From Emiliania huxleyi CCMP1516 (lineage: Eukaryota): a DNA stretch of 64,000 nucleotides. The translations under genes were made by a program, and so were the position numbers. Below the pieces are notes generated by a model that worked only from the letters and a program-made list of their open reading frames with translations, had not been told where the DNA came from and ran no database searches. The DNA lies in the NCBI RefSeq assembly GCF_000372725.1, contig NW_005201792.1, positions 623,440 to 687,439 on the forward strand, given 5' to 3'. Shown one piece after another: positions 59,344-64,000 of the stretch (positions are counted from its first letter, which is position 1; every line of letters begins with the position of its first letter).

Positions 59344-61017
59344 ATGTCGGCGCTCGCCGAGGCGGAGGCGGCATGCGCGCCTTACGGGAACGAGCCCTCG
59401 CGCTGCGGCTTTGAGCTGTCGCGCTCGCTGCTGCTCGCTGTGCGCGAGTCGCGCGCGCACCGCCCCGACCTCGTCCTCAAGTTCGGGCAGTATCTCTTGC
59501 GGTCGCACGCCGGCCGCCTCGGCGCCGAGGTCTGGGCTATGTACGAGCAAGTCTACATCGCGCTCCTGCACTATGGCCGCCGCCCCCGCGCGGCCGGCAG
59601 CGGCGCAGAGGAGCCGTCGGAGGAGATGCGGCTCGCCTCTGAGTACTACTCCCTGCTCGCGGCGCGCTTCCCCGACTCGATGCGCGTCAAGCGGCTCGAG
59701 GGAATGATGTGCAGACACGCCTCCGAGACTCTCCCTCACACGTCTCGCCGACTGCACGCGCCGCCTTGCCCTCACCCACCCCCGTCCGCCCGACGTCCGC
59801 TGCTGACGTCCGCCGACACGTCCGACGACACGCCCCCGACCCGCCTTGCTTTGGCCGCCCCTTCAAGGTGGGAGGCCAAGGGGGAGTACGACATGGCGAT
59901 GGCGGACTACGACGAGATCCTGGAGGAGGAGCCGAACAACCTCGCCGCGCTCAAGCGGCAGGTGGCCCTTTTGCGCGCGCGCGGCAAGCCGGCCGAGGCT
60001 GCGAAGCGGCGCGCGGCCGTAGAGCGCAGACACCCTTCCACACACAGCCCGAGGGGGTCCCCTGCTGCGAGGGGATCCCCTGCTGCGAGGGGGTCCCCTG
60101 CTGCGGCTGCAGAGACACGACTCGTGTGTCACACGGCGTGCTCTCGCCTCGGAGGCGGAGGCCGGAAGGGCCTCGCCGCGGGGCTGGGGCTGGCACGCGC
60201 GAGGCGTGGTCCTCTCCCCTACAGCTCCCCCCCCCCCCCCCCCACGCGCGCGCGCAGGCTCGCGGCGCATCTCGAGGTCGTCGGGTCAGACGCCGACGGT
60301 GCGACACACCCTCCCTCCTCTCCGCTCTCTTTTCTCAAAGACGAGGCGTCTGCACCGGCGCGGGGCTGTGTGGCGTGCTTCCGCCCCGCCGTGCCACCCC
60401 CTCGGCCCCTCCCCCGCTGCTGCATGCCCAACCCGCCCTCGCCTCCCCCCCCCCGCCCCACCAGGCTGGCTGCAGCTCTGCGACCTCTACCTCTCTCAGG
60501 CGCAGTACCAGCGCGCCAAGTTCTGCATGGAGGAGCCGCCGCCGCCGCCCTCCTGGCCCCTCCCCGCAGCCCCCCGAGAGGGTGCTCGACCCCTCGTTGC
60601 AGGAGCTGCTGCTTCTCAACCCCATGGCGTACATCCACCACCTGCGCTACGCAGAGATCCTCCTCACCCTCGGCGGCATCGACAAGGGCGGCAACGCGGA
60701 CCTCGTGCGGACGGCGCGAGCGCACCGCCCGAGAGGACGCGGGAGTACCCGCGAGTGCGATGACCTAAGCGCGGCGTGCCGCGTAGGCGCGAAAGTACTT
60801 TGCGCACTCGCTCGACCTCAAGCCGAGGGGCAACCTGCGCGCGCTGTACGGGCTGCTCCTCTGCTGCGCCGCGGCGCCAAAGGGGCAAAAGACGGCCGCC
60901 GAGGTGGAGGAGCTCGGCGCGTGCGCGCAGAAGAAGCTGCTCGAGGAGTACGGCGAGGCCAAGGCGACGTCGATGCTGGACACCGTCAAGGCGATGTCCA
61001 CCGCGCTGCTCAGCTGA
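59344..61017 (+). CDS. EMC2: ER membrane protein complex subunit 2 (TPR; multi-exon)
   Basis: EVWAMYEQVYIALL, RFPDSMRVKRLEGM, WLQLCDLY, KFCMEELLLLNP, ARKYFAHSL, NLRALYGL. Confidence 0.9.
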
Positions 61018-61499
61018 GGCGCGCGGGGCCCTCTGCCAGCCGAGCCTGGCAGGCTCTCTGCTGTGTTCCGCTCAGCCGAGGCGCGCTCGTCGGCCCCCCT
61101 GTGGCTAGCGCCAGCCTCGGCCACGCGCTTGCTGCCACCTCGCCGTGCGAGCGACACGAGCGGGACTCGGCGGACGGCGCGTGGAGAAAGCATCAGCTTA
61201 CAGCTGTCGCACGGGTGCGGCCTCGGCCGCTCACTCCGCTTTGTGTATTTCGCTCTTTGCGTACCCCAGCACCGATGTGCATCTGGGAGAAGTTTTTATT
61301 TTCTGGGATTTCATTGTGCGTCACGGGCTCACCGGCCCGGGAAAAACGATTATCGAGGTAAATGCCAAAAAAATTACGACTATGACCAGGGTTTGCCCAC
61401 ACTGCACAGAAGGACCTTATCATTTGTGATTTGAGCGTGTCCAATGATTAGGCTTGTCGGCGTAACAACAGACAAGACAAGAAAAAACACCCCGCTCCC

Positions 61500-61821
61500 C
61501 GGATCCTGCTGACCAAGTTCCTCTTTTGTAACTTGTAGCTGCTATAGCTCGATCGGTCAACAGACAACACCGCCACATCACCGCCGACGTCTCCCAGTGA
61601 GACGATGGAGAGGGGGGACGACACTGCCTCGGCAGCGTGCACCTCGATCCTGTACCGTGCGGTTTGTTATGACCCCCCCTAATGAACACACCAACCAGAC
61701 AACAAGTTAGATTTGTTTGGTATTGCTAAAAATCTCTCTCCCAACCAGTGAGGGAGGGCGAGACGATCGAGGGGTCCCGTACCACGCGGAATCGACCCTA
61801 TCCAGTGCTCAAGTGCTCAAG
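61500..61821 (+). mobile_element. Dispersed repeat family C, second copy
   Basis: Paralogous to 34705-34929, with a small extra insert near 61699-61748 bounded by CCAACCAG. Confidence 0.7.
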
Positions 61822-61885
61822 ACAAGAAAATGACGCACGCGCTCAGGGACGAGGCGCCGCAGTCGGTACAAAATATGTCCCGGTA

Positions 61886-62321
61886 CAGTGGGTTGCGGGC
61901 ATTAAGAAAACGTCGCATTAAGAAACCCTACCAAGAGATTTCCGCAAAAATCTAAGAAACCACGGCGCGCCGCAGGCGCGGCCCCGAGAAAAGGCCAGAC
62001 ACGAGTCTCGAGTGTGAACGGGAGCCCCAGCTCAAAATTTCTCTTCGCCTGCGGCGCGCGCACTTGTCACTTTCCAAGTCTACGGTGTTCTGAGTGGAGT
62101 GGAGATGGAGGCGTGTGTGCGTCTTCCCGTCATCCAGAGAGCCGACTCGGCGGCAGACTCTGGCATCGCCCTCGCGGACCGCAGCTTACCTCTTACCTAA
62201 AATCCTTAGGAGGCCGGCCGGAGCTAAGAAACCACGGCGTGGGGTGGATGAGGGCTGTGGAAAGGCTTAGAAACGGCGGCGTGCCGCCGAATCCTGTTTT
62301 CTTAATGCCCGCAACCCACTG
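61886..62321. mobile_element. Tc1/mariner-type MITE (26-bp TIR, TA TSD)
   Basis: TA-CAGTGGGTTGCGGGCATTAAGAAAAC...GTTTTCTTAATGCCCGCAACCCACTG-TA; internal TAAGAAAC repeats. Confidence 0.85.
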
Positions 62322-62389
62322 TAGAAGGCCATCGGAGATCGTTCCGCGCTCCGCGATCAAACTTTTGCGCCGCGTTGGCAAGACTCGCA

Positions 62390-64000
62390 ATGCCCTCGAT
62401 GCAGCGCGCACGAGGGCCGGAGACTCCCACCTTTGCGGCGGTGATAGGTGCCAGTGCGGCCAGTGCTTCCGCCGCCGCCGCTGCGAAGCTCGACGTCAAC
62501 ATCAAGAACCCCTTTTTCTCCGAACTCAGGGCAAAGGCTGCAGATGCGGCGTCGCTCGACACTCTCATTGGCCTTGTCAAGTCTGAATTCCTGCGGAGCT
62601 TCCTTCACGAGGTCAAGTACCTCCTGTTCGACTTTTGCCTCGAGGGTATGAGCGGGCGCGAGGCGGCGTTTGCCAAGCTGCTCCACTTCCAAAAGGCCCA
62701 CGCCATCTTTGAGGCGCACCAGCCGCGAATGAACAGTCTCGAGATTAGTGTCTTTCTCTCGATCGCACCGCTGCTCACGTCGGGACAGCCGCCATCGGGG
62801 CTCGAAGCTTCAAATAGCGCGCCACGGCGCTCAGCAATGGGCGCGGCGGGCGCGGCACCGAGCTCAGCAGCGGCCGCAGCAACCGCAGCAAAGGTCCCCG
62901 CACCCGACGCAGCTGATGGCGCAGAGGGCGGGAAGGAGCTGGACTGGTCGGCGATGGAGGAGCTGGTGGCGCAGGAGGAGGAGTCGAAGTCTAAGGCGGC
63001 CAAGCGGAAGAAAAAGAAGAAGAAAAAGTCCACAGACTCCACCTTCGCGGCCGTGACTGGGGCCAATGCAGCCGCGGCCTCGGCGCTCGCCGCCCAGGCG
63101 GGCCTCGAGATAGACATGGACCAGCCCTTCTTCTCCGAGCTCCGAGACAAGGTGGCCGACGCCGCGACACTGGACGCGCTCATCGGCCTGATTGAGTCGG
63201 AATTCCTGCGCGCCTTCTTCCACGAGATCAAGCACCTCCAGTTTGACGCGTACTTTCACCAGGCGGACGACGCAGCCAAGCTCAGCCACTTTGAGAGGGC
63301 TTGCGCTCTCGTGGAGGCGCACACGTCGCGCGCCACCAGCCTTGAGACCAACGTCCTGGCGAGGTCGACGTGCCACAACCAGCTGCCGTGCACTGGTGGC
63401 ACGCGGAAGCAGCTGATCAGCCGCTGGCACCACGCGATCCGAGCGCTCCTCGATAGGTCGAGCCTCGGCGCGTTGCTAAACCCGGCGCAACCCGCCCCGC
63501 CGCCGCGGACGCGTCCCAGGATCCGGGTCGGCTTCTTTGCGATCGATCGGCTCGAGTGCTTTAGCGCGGTCTACCGTGGCCAGGCGAGGATCGTCACCCT
63601 GCTCGACCGGCGGCGCTTCGAGACGTGCCTCATCGTATCCTCCGCCTTGGCCGGCTCGCACCCCGACCTTCCCGAGGCTGGCGCGCTGTGGGAGGCAGTC
63701 GACCAGCGCGTGGGGTGCGCCGACGTGCGAGAGGCGCTGCAGAAGGTGGCGGCGCTGGAGCTCGACGTCCTCGTGTACCCGGAGATCGGGCTGCACCCAT
63801 GGACCTGCATCATGGCCTATGCGCGGCTCGCGCCTGTGCAGGTCACGACGTGGGGCCACGCGCTCACGTCTGGCATCCCGACGATCGACTTTTACTTTTC
63901 GAGCGCGTGGTTCGAAGCGGAGGGGGCGCAGGAGCACTACTCGGAGACGCTCGTGCTCATGCGCAGCCTCTCTTGCTGCTTGCCCGCCTTCCACTTCACC
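62390..64000 (+). CDS. GT41/SPINDLY-like O-glycosyltransferase, running off the window end
   Basis: Frame from ATG 62390 (not in the ORF track): RIRVGFF, LELDVLVYPEIG, ARLAPVQVTTWGHALTSGIPTIDFYFSS, EHYSETLV. Confidence 0.8.
   Translation, partial: MPSMQRARGPETPTFAAVIGASAASASAAAAAKLDVNIKNPFFSELRAKAADAASLDTLIGLVKSEFLRSFLHEVKYLLFDFCLEGMSGREAAFAKLLHFQKAHAIFEAHQPRMNSLEISVFLSIAPLLTSGQPPSGLEASNSAPRRSAMGAAGAAPSSAAAAATAAKVPAPDAADGAEGGKELDWSAMEELVAQEEESKSKAAKRKKKKKKKSTDSTFAAVTGANAAAASALAAQAGLEIDMDQPFFSELRDKVADAATLDALIGLIESEFLRAFFHEIKHLQFDAYFHQADDAAKLSHFERACALVEAHTSRATSLETNVLARSTCHNQLPCTGGTRKQLISRWHHAIRALLDRSSLGALLNPAQPAPPPRTRPRIRVGFFAIDRLECFSAVYRGQARIVTLLDRRRFETCLIVSSALAGSHPDLPEAGALWEAVDQRVGCADVREALQKVAALELDVLVYPEIGLHPWTCIMAYARLAPVQVTTWGHALTSGIPTIDFYFSSAWFEAEGAQEHYSETLVLMRSLSCCLPAFHFT

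Overview
GC-rich, intron-containing eukaryotic nuclear DNA. The GC-AG introns, intronic minisatellites, TTAGGG repeats and gene content suggest a haptophyte such as Emiliania/Gephyrocapsa huxleyi (inference). There is one 100-N gap and two low-quality stretches. Recognisable genes are importin-9, eIF2B-gamma, ethanolamine-phosphate cytidylyltransferase, a COPI-associated/TVP15-like membrane protein, an IQM-family protein, CCDC39, a citrate-carrier-like mitochondrial carrier, a large secreted FG-GAP/ASPIC-UnbV protein, an EF-hand+HELP+WD40 (EML-like) protein, ankyrin and Kelch proteins, EMC2 and a GT41/SPINDLY-like glycosyltransferase. Intergenic DNA holds nested non-autonomous transposons: four TIR elements and several 5'-truncated retroposons with short tandem-repeat tails. 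The most striking signal is that many introns begin with a near-copy of the start of the next exon (up to 23/24 nt) and are filled with short-period or telomeric repeats. This suggests ongoing intron creation by duplication plus filler synthesis, and one case looks very recent. A second highlight is three retroposon copies stacked at one 12-bp target. Gene spans include introns, and all calls were made by eye without database searches.
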